Positions 7,199-15,892 of a stretch of 17,133 nucleotides of DNA are shown piece after piece. Made by a program: the position numbers and the translations under genes. The notes under the pieces are model-generated. The model had not been told where the DNA came from and searched no databases. It worked only from the letters and a program-made list of their open reading frames with translations. Within the stretch, counting starts at the first letter, position 1. Every line of letters starts with the position of its first letter. This DNA comes from Bdellovibrionia bacterium (GTDB lineage Bacteria; Bdellovibrionota; UBA1018), in contig JBJMMA010000066.1 of the NCBI GenBank assembly GCA_045805065.1, forward strand, positions 1 through 17,133, given 5' to 3'.

Positions 7199-8692
7199 AT
7201 GGAACGATCTAACTCGGTGTTCATGGTCAAGCCATGGACTGCAGCAATGACAGCAGGACTTTTGGCCTCGATCACCTGGCTTCCCCAGGCGGCTCGCGGC
7301 GAATTAGTCTATGAAGACAATCCAGCGGCATCAGCGGCGGCACCAGCGGATGCTGGTCGTGTTGAAGAGCGTGGAGTTTTAAGACAAGCCCTCGGTACTG
7401 CCGAGCGCGCACGCGATACCCGTCAAGCGGCTCAATATGCAGCACCAGTACAGCCTCAGGCTGTTGCGGTGCAGGCACCTGCTCCGGTCACTGTGGTTTC
7501 GCAACCCCAGGTGATTGCAGCCCCTCAAGCAGCGGTTGTTGCTGAGGCTGCACCTGAGCAGTATGCAGCGCCAGCTCGCCAAGGTGACTCAGTGGAAGAT
7601 ATTCGCCACATGAACAAATCGGAGCTGATGCGCCGTGAACGTGTCCGCGCAGAGCTTCGCAACGAAGATGCGCTTCAAGAGCGCTTAGAAGAGCTTCGAC
7701 TGCGCGACGAGAAGCGCCGCACGGATCAAATCTTAGGTGTTTCAGGTGCAACCGGCGCTACTGGCGCTGAAGGCTCCGGCGTCAATATGCCAGCTCCGCT
7801 TTACGGCGGAGTTCAAGAGCAGGCCGTAAGTGCTCCTGTGACGGATCGTCCAGGTGAAGCACCCCGCTCTCCTCAAATGGTTGCTCCAGCTCAAGCTGTG
7901 GCAGCTCCGAGCGGTGGCGTTCAGCTTGCCGGAATCTCCTCCGTCAATGCGGCAGATCAATCGGCATATCCATCTGCGATGACTGCATCCGTGGACCTCG
8001 ATAAGCCAAAAGACAAATCTACTTTCTATGTCAGCCCGCGTGCGGGTTTGGGCGGGATGTCCAGTCCTGATGGCTACGAGGTGAATCCACGATTTGCCGG
8101 TGGAGTCGCTGTCGGTGTTGCAACTTCGGAGTATCTCAGCTTCGAATTGGGTTATACCTATGCGGAATATGGAGTTGGCATTGGCAGCAATAATCCATAT
8201 GTGCAGCAGTATCTGATGTACCAAGCGCAATATGGAAATAGCCAGAACCTCAATACGCTCGCGATGAAGCAAAACGTCATTGATGCCGGAATCAAGCTGC
8301 ATCTTTTGGAGAGTGCCTCACGAGTGCGCCCTTTCCTGGGTGGCGGTGCGGGTTGGTCAAAGAGCTTTATCAACTACGATCAGAAGATCCTGAGCGCGAT
8401 GAAGCAAAACCCTTATCTGGCTAATTCGCCAGCCGTCAGCGACTATGAGGTGACGTCCTATCTTGGATACATTTCCACAGGTGTTGATGTGAAGATGACT
8501 CAGAATGTCAGCCTGGATATTATGGCGAGATATTATGCAGTGCTTTCTTCAAACGAAAGCAGCAACATGAACAACTACATGTTCTTTAATCCAGGATATG
8601 CTGGCCAATCTCAAGAAAAGCAGGTTGTCGGCGGGTCCATGAGCACGAAGAGCTTCTTCACCATCATGGGTGGAGTAACCTTCGCGTTCTGA
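7199..8692 (+). CDS. Outer-membrane beta-barrel protein (OmpA/OmpW-like barrel) with long Ala/Pro/Gln-rich and coiled-coil N-terminal region
   Basis: Signal peptide ending around 'AARG', amphipathic strands ('FYVSPRAGLG', 'LSFELGYTY', 'VRPFLGGGAGW', 'GVDVKM...SLDIMARY'), and a C-terminal beta-signal 'GGVTFAF'. Confidence 0.82.
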   Translation: MERSNSVFMVKPWTAAMTAGLLASITWLPQAARGELVYEDNPAASAAAPADAGRVEERGVLRQALGTAERARDTRQAAQYAAPVQPQAVAVQAPAPVTVVSQPQVIAAPQAAVVAEAAPEQYAAPARQGDSVEDIRHMNKSELMRRERVRAELRNEDALQERLEELRLRDEKRRTDQILGVSGATGATGAEGSGVNMPAPLYGGVQEQAVSAPVTDRPGEAPRSPQMVAPAQAVAAPSGGVQLAGISSVNAADQSAYPSAMTASVDLDKPKDKSTFYVSPRAGLGGMSSPDGYEVNPRFAGGVAVGVATSEYLSFELGYTYAEYGVGIGSNNPYVQQYLMYQAQYGNSQNLNTLAMKQNVIDAGIKLHLLESASRVRPFLGGGAGWSKSFINYDQKILSAMKQNPYLANSPAVSDYEVTSYLGYISTGVDVKMTQNVSLDIMARYYAVLSSNESSNMNNYMFFNPGYAGQSQEKQVVGGSMSTKSFFTIMGGVTFAF

Positions 8693-8748
8693 TTCGTTAG
8701 CATAACTAGTCGAGTTAGATAGATCGCGTCATTTCGTCCTACTACGCC

Positions 8749-8790
8749 AAAGGGGATGCTCCATCAACAGGGCATCCCCTTTCTATTTGT
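8749..8790 (+). terminator. Intrinsic terminator after the beta-barrel gene
   Basis: Stem AAAGGGGATGC (8749-8759) / GCATCCCCTTT (8772-8782), followed by T-rich CTATTTGT. Confidence 0.75.
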
Positions 8791-8836
8791 TCAGCTGAAA
8801 AAGAGGAGTATGATTTGTCCAAGGCTGGGACGATAT

Positions 8837-11074
8837 ATGACTACTCAAAACGCAAACTCTTCGGCTTTTAAACTGTCTGCTTTTAATTTGGTCGATATGA
8901 CCGCTCAAATGGGCGGCGCAAAAATCTGGACGCTGGTTTTTGATACTCCCGGCGAAAAAGTAAATAAGCTCTCCAAAGCGGCAATTCAGGAATTTGAGCC
9001 GCTTCTTGATCGGCTGGAGCAAATGGGCAAACAGGGACAAATTGAAGCCCTTGCTCTGGTTTCAGGCAAGCCTGGAAATTTCATTGCTGGCGCCGATATC
9101 AACATGTTTGAGGAAGCAAAAACTGCTGAAGAGGCAGAAGCCCTCTCCCGCACCGGCCAAAAACTTTTTGATCGCTGGGAAGATCTTCCGTTTCCAACGA
9201 TTGCAGTGATTGATGGAGCAGCACTCGGCGGCGGCTGTGAGTTGTCTCTCGCCTGTCGTGCGATTGTCATGTCCGATAGCCCACAGACCAAGGTCGGTCT
9301 TCCTGAGACGATGCTTGGGATCATTCCGGGTACGGGCGGATGCATTCGCCTTCCTGCAAAGGTCGGTCTGGCCACTGCTCTGGACATGATTTTGACCGGA
9401 AAGAATCTGAACGGTGAAAGAGCCTATAAAGCAGGTCTTGCTGAAGCGGTGATTCCGCGCCAGAACTTCCAGGAATCCGCACTTCGGTGGATCAAGACGA
9501 ATCTCTCTCGTCTTCGCTCAGGAGAGAGGATTGCGAAGGAACCCAAGCTCGGTGGCTCCGGCGGCATGATGGGCGCAGCTATGGAAAAGACCCCAATGGG
9601 TCGCGCTTTGATCTTCTCTCAAGCCAAAAAAGGCGTGATGTCCAAGACCAAAGGTAAATATCCTGCTCCGCTTGAAGCCATTGCGGTCATGCAGGAAACG
9701 GGAACTCACTATGGTTCGCATTTTCGTGGAAAAGACCGCGACCGTGCGATGGCCCGCGAATCAAAAGGCTTCGGAAGGCTTGCTGTGACGGATGTCTCGC
9801 GCAATCTGGTTCGCATTTTCTTCATGACTGAAGGCGTGAAGAAGTCCAAAGGGCTTGCAGCTGGAAAATCTGCCAATGCGCATTCGGTCAAGCACGCAGC
9901 AGTGCTGGGTGCAGGTGTGATGGGCGGAGGGATTGCTCAGCTTTACGCTGAAAAGAACATCCCCGCGCGCATGAAGGATATCACTACTCAGGCCCTTGCG
10001 CTTGGGATGCAGTCGGCTTCGTCAATTTTCAAAAAACAGGTTCAAAGGCGCCGAATCAACAAGCGTCAGTACATGCAGAAGATGACCTTGATCAGCCCAG
10101 TGCTGGATTATTCCGGCTTTAAAACGACGGATGTCGTGGTTGAGGCAGTCGTTGAAAACCTGGATGTAAAGAAGAAGGTCATCGCAGAGCTTGAGGGGTA
10201 TGTAAAAGATGATTGCATCATCGCTTCCAACACTTCCTCGCTCTCCATCACCAAGATGCAAGACGCTCTGAAAAAACCTGAGCGTTTTGTCGGAATGCAC
10301 TTCTTTAATCCGGTGAGCAAGATGCCACTGATTGAAGTCATTCGTGGCGATAAGACTTCGGATGAAGCCGTGAGCACGATTTTTCAATTCAGTAAGCAGC
10401 TTGGAAAAACGCCTATTGTCGTGAAGGACGCTCCGGGCTTTCTTGTAAATCGTTTGCTGGCCCCCTACCTGAACGAAGCATCCTACATGCTGGGTGAGGG
10501 AGTTTCGATTGAAGATCTGGATCGTGCGATGCTTGCGTTTGGTATGCCGATGGGTCCAGTGGAGCTGATCGATGAAGTGGGTATCGACGTGGGCGCAAAG
10601 GTCGCTCATATCCTGAACGATGCCTTTGGTGCTCGCATGGATCCTTCTCCGCTGAACGACAAGCTTGTCTCGGCAGGCTATCTCGGAAAGAAAAACAGCA
10701 AGGGCTTCTACCAATATCAAAATGGCAAGAAGGGCGAGATCACTTCGAATATCTATGAGCTTTTGGGTGTGAAGCCTCAAAACGGCAAGGTTTCTGACGA
10801 GGAAATTGTCGAGCGCTGCGTGCTTCCGATGATCAATGAGGCGACTCGTTGCTTGGATGAGCAAGTGGTCGCGTCGCCTGAAGAAGTCGATCTTGGAATG
10901 ATCATGGGCACAGGTTTTCCTCCGTTTCGTGGCGGATTGATGCGCTATGCGGATGAGCTGGGTGCGCAAAACATTGTGGATCGTCTGCGGAAGTATGCTG
11001 AGAAGTATGGCGCTCGTTTTGAGCCGGCGCCGGGCTTGATTGCTCGCGCGCAAGCGAAGAAGAGCTTTTACTAA
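8837..11074 (+). CDS. fadJ: Fatty-acid oxidation multifunctional enzyme alpha subunit (enoyl-CoA hydratase / 3-hydroxyacyl-CoA dehydrogenase), FadJ/FadB family
   Basis: 'FIAGADI', 'GAALGGGCEL', 'GLPETMLG', 'VLGAGVMGGGIA', 'ASNTSSL', 'GMHFFNP', 'GFLVNRLL' and 'GTGFPPFRGG'. The ORF-track start at 8756 lies inside the terminator, so the ATG at 8837 is more plausible (8810 is an alternative). Confidence 0.93.
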   Translation: MTTQNANSSAFKLSAFNLVDMTAQMGGAKIWTLVFDTPGEKVNKLSKAAIQEFEPLLDRLEQMGKQGQIEALALVSGKPGNFIAGADINMFEEAKTAEEAEALSRTGQKLFDRWEDLPFPTIAVIDGAALGGGCELSLACRAIVMSDSPQTKVGLPETMLGIIPGTGGCIRLPAKVGLATALDMILTGKNLNGERAYKAGLAEAVIPRQNFQESALRWIKTNLSRLRSGERIAKEPKLGGSGGMMGAAMEKTPMGRALIFSQAKKGVMSKTKGKYPAPLEAIAVMQETGTHYGSHFRGKDRDRAMARESKGFGRLAVTDVSRNLVRIFFMTEGVKKSKGLAAGKSANAHSVKHAAVLGAGVMGGGIAQLYAEKNIPARMKDITTQALALGMQSASSIFKKQVQRRRINKRQYMQKMTLISPVLDYSGFKTTDVVVEAVVENLDVKKKVIAELEGYVKDDCIIASNTSSLSITKMQDALKKPERFVGMHFFNPVSKMPLIEVIRGDKTSDEAVSTIFQFSKQLGKTPIVVKDAPGFLVNRLLAPYLNEASYMLGEGVSIEDLDRAMLAFGMPMGPVELIDEVGIDVGAKVAHILNDAFGARMDPSPLNDKLVSAGYLGKKNSKGFYQYQNGKKGEITSNIYELLGVKPQNGKVSDEEIVERCVLPMINEATRCLDEQVVASPEEVDLGMIMGTGFPPFRGGLMRYADELGAQNIVDRLRKYAEKYGARFEPAPGLIARAQAKKSFY

Positions 11075-11075
11075 G

Positions 11076-12371
11076 ATGAGCGATTTCGCATTTTTCAGGC
11101 ACCTCTGGTCCAGCCCGTGGACGGGCTGGATCGGTGTCCGTTATTTGAAATCAAAGAAGAACTCGCGCTTTCTGAGTTTTATTACCATTCTCTCCGTTCT
11201 GGGCGTCGGGCTTGGTGTTGCTTCCATGATCGTCGTGCTTTCTGTCATGGATGGTTTTGAGGCCGAGCTTAAAAAACGTCTCATGGGAACGGATCTTCAT
11301 ATTCTGATTACCCCAACCACTCTTGTATCGGGATTTGAGGGGGGGATGGTACCCGATGATTCGCTGGATCTGGAGCGTATAAGATCTGGTATTTCTGATC
11401 GAGCGCAAATCGATACGATGTATCCGGTTTTATCGACTGAAGCGATTTTAAAAGCTGGACGAAAAGTCACGGGAGTCATCTTCAAGGGTGTTCCGGGGGA
11501 TCGCCTGGACAAAGTCCAGCAGCTTGTTGTTGAGCGAGCTAAGCCCGAAAGCTTTCGGGACGGGGGATCTGATTCGCAGGTAAAACTTCCGGGAGTTCTT
11601 GTCGGGCAGGAGCTTGCGTATGAGATGGGGCTCATTGCTGGCGATCATGTGACCCTGATCTCTCCGACGGAGACTGAAGGACCCATGAGCTCGGTTCCTC
11701 GGCTCAAGCGCTTTGTGGTGGAGGGGATCTATCATTCAGGGCTTCCTGATCAGGAACTCCACACGATCTTTGCGACCGATGGGGCCGTGAGTTCTTTTCT
11801 TCGCCGAGCGAAGATCGTTTCTCAATGGGAAGTCACGGTCAAAGATTTTGATCAGGCACCGTTAGTTGCGGATGAAATCAGAAAGCAGAATCCACAGTTC
11901 AAGGTTCAGGACTGGATCCAGCTCAATTCCAATCTGTTCTGGTCGCTCAAGCTTGAGCGGGTCTCAATGTTCGTGATCCTGGCTTTCATTGTGATTGTCG
12001 CTTCCTTCAATATCGTGACGACTCTGACGCTGATGGTTCTTGAGAAGAAGCGAGAGATCTCGATTTTACGTGCGATGGGAGCTCGCGAAGGGGCGGTTGC
12101 TGCCATCTTCTTGTCTGAAGGGCTTCTGATCGGAGGGCTAGGCATCGCGGGCGGTATGGCGCTCGGATTTGGTGTTTGCGTGATTCTCAGGAAGTATGAA
12201 TTTATCCAGCTTCCGGATGTTTTTTACGATCGGACCCTTCCCGTTACGTTTGATGCTCGTTACTATATTGGCGTAGGTCTTTGTGCGCTTATTATTGTTC
12301 TCGTGGCATGTCTTTATCCAAGTCGACGTGCGGCGCGACTGGAACCATTGGAGGGAATCCGCTTTGGCTAA
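11076..12371 (+). CDS. Lipoprotein-releasing ABC transporter permease (LolC/LolE/LolF family)
   Basis: 'RYLKSKKNSRFLSFITILSVLGVGLGVASMIVVLSVMDGF', 'VASFNIVTTL...EKKREISILRAMGA' and 'YPSRRAARLEP.EGIR'. The ATG follows the fadJ stop after a 1-nt gap. Confidence 0.9.
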   Translation: MSDFAFFRHLWSSPWTGWIGVRYLKSKKNSRFLSFITILSVLGVGLGVASMIVVLSVMDGFEAELKKRLMGTDLHILITPTTLVSGFEGGMVPDDSLDLERIRSGISDRAQIDTMYPVLSTEAILKAGRKVTGVIFKGVPGDRLDKVQQLVVERAKPESFRDGGSDSQVKLPGVLVGQELAYEMGLIAGDHVTLISPTETEGPMSSVPRLKRFVVEGIYHSGLPDQELHTIFATDGAVSSFLRRAKIVSQWEVTVKDFDQAPLVADEIRKQNPQFKVQDWIQLNSNLFWSLKLERVSMFVILAFIVIVASFNIVTTLTLMVLEKKREISILRAMGAREGAVAAIFLSEGLLIGGLGIAGGMALGFGVCVILRKYEFIQLPDVFYDRTLPVTFDARYYIGVGLCALIIVLVACLYPSRRAARLEPLEGIRFG

Positions 12372-13179
12372 TCAGAACCTGGTAAAATCGATTTCGATGT
12401 TGAGCCTGAGTCTAAGTCTAAGCTTGATGCTGGGCTTATCCGCCAATGCCGATCAGTCAGGAGCTACGGTTAGAAATGCCGTTCCTGGACCTCTGGCACT
12501 CCGTGCTCCTGCATCTCAGCCTAGCGCTACTTCAAGCGTGATTCGCTCAAAGACTTACGAAGCAGGGTCCAATCGCACAAAGCCTCTGTTTGACATGGTT
12601 CGTGAGGAAAAAACGGACGGTGATCAAACCACAATCATCGAGAGCTATACTGATCTCCAGGGAAATGAAGTATTTCGCGGTGAAACAAAGCTTCAAGGCG
12701 GAAAAATCGCAAGCTACGATCTTCAGCAGAAACAGCTGCACGAATCGGCCAAGATTCTGGTCAAAGACGGCAAGATCTTTTTCGAATACACGAACCGCGA
12801 TGGAAAAGTGAAAAAGGACGAAGAGAAGTGGCACGATAACTTTGTCCTCGGCGCAACCTTGTTACGATACATCAGGGCCCATTCGGATGATCTGATGGCG
12901 GGAAGAGATATTGATATGCGCTTTGGCGTTCCGGATCGTTGCGAGACCGTAGGTTTCAAAATCTTTAAAGAAGAAGAGAAGAAGATCGATGGACGCGATG
13001 TGATCATCGCTAAGATGAAGCCTACGAGTGTCATCATTGCAGCACTGGTGAAACCGCTTTATTTTTATATCGATAAAGCGAGCGGCAAGTTGCTTGAATT
13101 TCGCGGGCGCGTTCTTCCAAAACAAAAGGATGGCGATCGGTTCAAGGATCTGGACGCTGAGACTGTTTATTCTTACTGA
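12364..13179 (+). CDS. Secreted/periplasmic hypothetical protein, beta-rich
   Basis: TTG start at 12364 with SD GGAGGG at 12350-12355, overlapping the upstream stop. Signal peptide ends in 'LGLSANA'. The mature part has many short amphipathic strands. Confidence 0.7.
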   Translation: MANQNLVKSISMLSLSLSLSLMLGLSANADQSGATVRNAVPGPLALRAPASQPSATSSVIRSKTYEAGSNRTKPLFDMVREEKTDGDQTTIIESYTDLQGNEVFRGETKLQGGKIASYDLQQKQLHESAKILVKDGKIFFEYTNRDGKVKKDEEKWHDNFVLGATLLRYIRAHSDDLMAGRDIDMRFGVPDRCETVGFKIFKEEEKKIDGRDVIIAKMKPTSVIIAALVKPLYFYIDKASGKLLEFRGRVLPKQKDGDRFKDLDAETVYSY

Positions 13180-13182
13180 AAA

Positions 13183-14490
13183 TCAGACTTGAGCTGTTTT
13201 CCGGCAGAGATGAATCCAGCGCCAGACAAGGCACGCTGCGACCGCAGTAAGTCCCAGGGCTAGTCCTGTCCATAAACCGGTCAGGCCTCGTCCGTAAGAG
13301 AAGCAAAGCGCTATGCCGATGGGGATTCCAATTCCCCAATGGCCCAAAAGATTGGCGATCATCGAGGTTTTGGTATCCGCCAGGCCTCGCAGGGCGCCAG
13401 ACGCGACGACTTGAGCGCCGTCAGAAAGCTGAAATAGCGCGGCAATCAGGAGAATGTTCATAGCCATCGCATGGACGCTGGGGTTGGTCGTGTAAAGTTC
13501 AATAAGTCGTGTTGAAAAAAGAAGGAGGCAAAGACTGGAGATCGCCATGAATCCCACTCCCATTGCCAGGCCTTTCCAACCCACTTTTGCCGCAGCGCTT
13601 TTATCTCCGCGGCCCATTTCTCTGCCTACCAGGACGGCCGTAGCTGAGCTGATTCCAAGCGGGACCATGAAAGTCATGCTGGCGATGTTCAGAACGATCT
13701 GGTGCGCAGCCAGGGCTTCCGACGCAAGGCGTGCGGCGAGAGTCGTGGAGAAGGCGAATCCACCGACTTCAAAGGTCATTTGAAGGGCTGAAGGGATTCC
13801 CAGTTTGAGAAGTTTTCTCATGGATTCGCGGTCGAAGGGGATGCCGTATTTTTCGAAGTGATGGTCTTTGCGGCGATCGTACAAGTAATGAACGCCAAAC
13901 ATCGCGGCAACCATAAAGACGCGCGCGATCAAGGTTGCGTAGGCCGATCCAGTGGCGCCCATCGCCGGAAATCCGGCATGTCCAAGGACAAGCACCCAGT
14001 TTGCCAGGGCATTCATGACATTCGACAGGATAAGAATTACGGCAGCGGGACGAGCAATGCCTTGGGCTTGGAGGAACTGCCTGCTGGATGCAAAAAGATA
14101 AACGGGGATGAGGCTCAATGAGAGGATAAAAAGATAGTCCCGACTCGGCGCAATCACCTCAGGGTTGATCCCAAACCATTCCAGATGGTGGGAGACATAG
14201 AGCAGCGCCAAAGTCATCGGGGCGCCGAGGATCCAGCTCACCCAAAAGCCCTGTGCCCAGGAGAGGTGGGCGTCATGCTTTTTTCCGGCCCCATAAGCAT
14301 GAGCCACCAGGTAATCAAGCCCGGTTAAAAGCCCCATCCCAAAAATCATGAACCAGGAAAAAATGGAGGTTCCCACTCCCACTGCTCCCAGCGCAGCCGG
14401 GCTGACGCGTCCCACGCAGATCAGATCGACCAAACCCATGGTCATGATACCGAGATAAGAAATGATGACGGGCAGTGCGAGCTCAAACAT
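13183..14490 (-). CDS. MATE family efflux transporter (NorM-like)
   Basis: About 12 hydrophobic segments in two repeats. Motifs 'LALPV', 'GLVDLICVGR', 'LGIPSALQMTFEV', 'ALAAHQIVLNI', 'FQLSDGAQVVASGALRG'. Confidence 0.93.
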   Translation of the reverse strand: MFELALPVIISYLGIMTMGLVDLICVGRVSPAALGAVGVGTSIFSWFMIFGMGLLTGLDYLVAHAYGAGKKHDAHLSWAQGFWVSWILGAPMTLALLYVSHHLEWFGINPEVIAPSRDYLFILSLSLIPVYLFASSRQFLQAQGIARPAAVILILSNVMNALANWVLVLGHAGFPAMGATGSAYATLIARVFMVAAMFGVHYLYDRRKDHHFEKYGIPFDRESMRKLLKLGIPSALQMTFEVGGFAFSTTLAARLASEALAAHQIVLNIASMTFMVPLGISSATAVLVGREMGRGDKSAAAKVGWKGLAMGVGFMAISSLCLLLFSTRLIELYTTNPSVHAMAMNILLIAALFQLSDGAQVVASGALRGLADTKTSMIANLLGHWGIGIPIGIALCFSYGRGLTGLWTGLALGLTAVAACLVWRWIHLCRKTAQV

Positions 14491-14501
14491 GATGTTTTCG
14501 C

Positions 14502-14530
14502 AGCATATCGAACATGACGCCTAACATCTA
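14502..14530 (-). promoter_or_regulatory. Possible promoter for the MATE gene (TAGATG-N17-TATGCT), very short leader
   Basis: The -10 at 14507-14502 ends 11 nt before the ATG at 14490, with no SD sequence. Confidence 0.4.
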
Positions 14531-14552
14531 GATGAACTTCTGACCTAACAGT

Positions 14553-14594
14553 CCGGGCGAGAAAAGTGTGCGTCGCGGAGGGCTGCTCGCCCGG
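14553..14594. repeat. 9-bp GC-rich inverted repeat CCGGGCGAG / CTCGCCCGG with 24-nt loop
   Basis: Arms at 14553-14561 and 14586-14594, followed by GTTTT on the + strand. Confidence 0.6.
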
Positions 14595-14642
14595 GTTTTG
14601 CAAAGTCCCCCCTCGAACCGAACAGGCAGAGGCTTCAAGACA

Positions 14643-15845
14643 ATGAAAACTTTTCAAAACAAAATTTTGAATCCAGTTTTAGGTTGGGTGGCGATTTCCG
14701 CGCTCGTATCGGGCTGCGATCTGACATCGTTAAGGTCTTCATTGTCGGGTGACTCGTCGCGCTCAACGACTTCTTCTGCAACCAACACGACACCCACGCT
14801 TCCTTCTTTCGGAGCGGGAAGTGAGGCGTACGGGGGTGGTGGTAGCTACGGCGCCGGTACTGGAACCGATACCGGTTACGGTAAGAAAAAGGGCGATAGT
14901 TACGGCTCGGGATACGGAAGTGGAGCTGAGTTCGGTGGGCACTCTTCCAAGAAACAATCTCAGCAAAAAACATCGTGGTCTGATTCGAGTCCTTCTGATT
15001 CTTATCCTTCTTATCCGGACCATCATTCGTATCCGTCTTGGGGAGACGATGACGGATGGCCAAATCAAGGCCCGCTGCCGCCCTATTCTGGAACAGGGAA
15101 TTCGGGACATGGTCATTCTGGCGACGGCTACGGAACCACGCCTTACTCGCGTACAAATGCGCGGAATGGTACTCACGCTGCGGCAGCAGCAGCTGCGACG
15201 TCGACTTCAGCTGCAGCCTCAGCTTCTTCGGGGAGCTCTGAAGCGACTTCGAGTGCAAGGCATCAATCCATTGGCGAATCGTGCTCTGGCGCTCAGGGGC
15301 CTAAAGGGATTTGTCTGGCAGTGAAATACGTTTCCTATGTGGACGGCTATGGAGATGATGTCGAGTCACAAAAGGATGCGGTTCGCGATATCGAATATGC
15401 CAACCAGATCTGGCGTGATTGCGGGATCCAATTCCAATTGGAAGAGTACCAGAACGTTCAGCCTCAAAACTTCGATTTAAGATACCGCACTCGTAACTAC
15501 GAGGAGCTCAATCAGATTCGGGGTACTTTTTCTGACCAGGACAAGCTTCTGGTTGTCGCTACGGGAAAATGGGATCGCTCGGGAAGCTTGGGAAATAGCT
15601 GGGCTAACGCTTGGACGAATCTTCCAGGTGAGCGGACCTATGGCGTCGTCTTGGAAAGAACCGTCACGAGCTATCCACAAATTCTGGCCCATGAGCTTGG
15701 CCATTATCTGAGCCTGGATCATAAAAACGACGTGAATTCGCTGATGAATCCTATAGTTGCCCGTCAATCGGTGGAGCTCACCCGCCAGGAATGTAAGGCT
15801 GCAAGGTGGGCAGCTCAGAGCTACTGGCGCGAAATGATGAGATAA
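14643..15845 (+). CDS. Lipoprotein with low-complexity Gly/Ser/Tyr linker and C-terminal metzincin (matrixin-like) zinc metallopeptidase domain
   Basis: Lipobox LVSG-C (Cys25), HELGHYLSLDH (HEXXHXXGXXH-like) at 15690-15722, and Met-turn 'SLMNP'. ATG at 14643 with GAGG upstream. Confidence 0.82.
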   Translation: MKTFQNKILNPVLGWVAISALVSGCDLTSLRSSLSGDSSRSTTSSATNTTPTLPSFGAGSEAYGGGGSYGAGTGTDTGYGKKKGDSYGSGYGSGAEFGGHSSKKQSQQKTSWSDSSPSDSYPSYPDHHSYPSWGDDDGWPNQGPLPPYSGTGNSGHGHSGDGYGTTPYSRTNARNGTHAAAAAAATSTSAAASASSGSSEATSSARHQSIGESCSGAQGPKGICLAVKYVSYVDGYGDDVESQKDAVRDIEYANQIWRDCGIQFQLEEYQNVQPQNFDLRYRTRNYEELNQIRGTFSDQDKLLVVATGKWDRSGSLGNSWANAWTNLPGERTYGVVLERTVTSYPQILAHELGHYLSLDHKNDVNSLMNPIVARQSVELTRQECKAARWAAQSYWREMMR

Positions 15846-15892
15846 ATAAGAGCTGGCGCTTTACCTGACTCCGATGGTATCTCTGTCTTACA

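Noticed and set aside
10022..11053. 343-aa ORF on the - strand
   Set aside because: It is fully antisense to the conserved fadJ gene and has no recognisable motifs, so it is a typical codon-bias shadow ORF.
12400..12426. Hexamer-like repeat encoding LSLSLSLSL as a phase-variation tract
   Set aside because: It is imperfect, in-frame and short, and is explained by the signal-peptide hydrophobic core.
14601..14624. Possible sigma28 (FliA) promoter CAAAG...CCGAACA before the protease
   Set aside because: The spacer is about 3 nt shorter than the canonical TAAA-N15-GCCGATAA and both boxes have mismatches.
14811..14940. Resemblance of GYGS segments to ice-nucleation protein repeats
   Set aside because: There is no regular 8- or 16-residue periodicity, only Gly/Ser/Tyr compositional bias.
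14635..15324. Several long alternative-frame ORFs (207, 191 and 137 aa) over the protease linker
   Set aside because: Low-complexity coding sequence yields stop-poor alternative frames, and they have no motifs or start signals.
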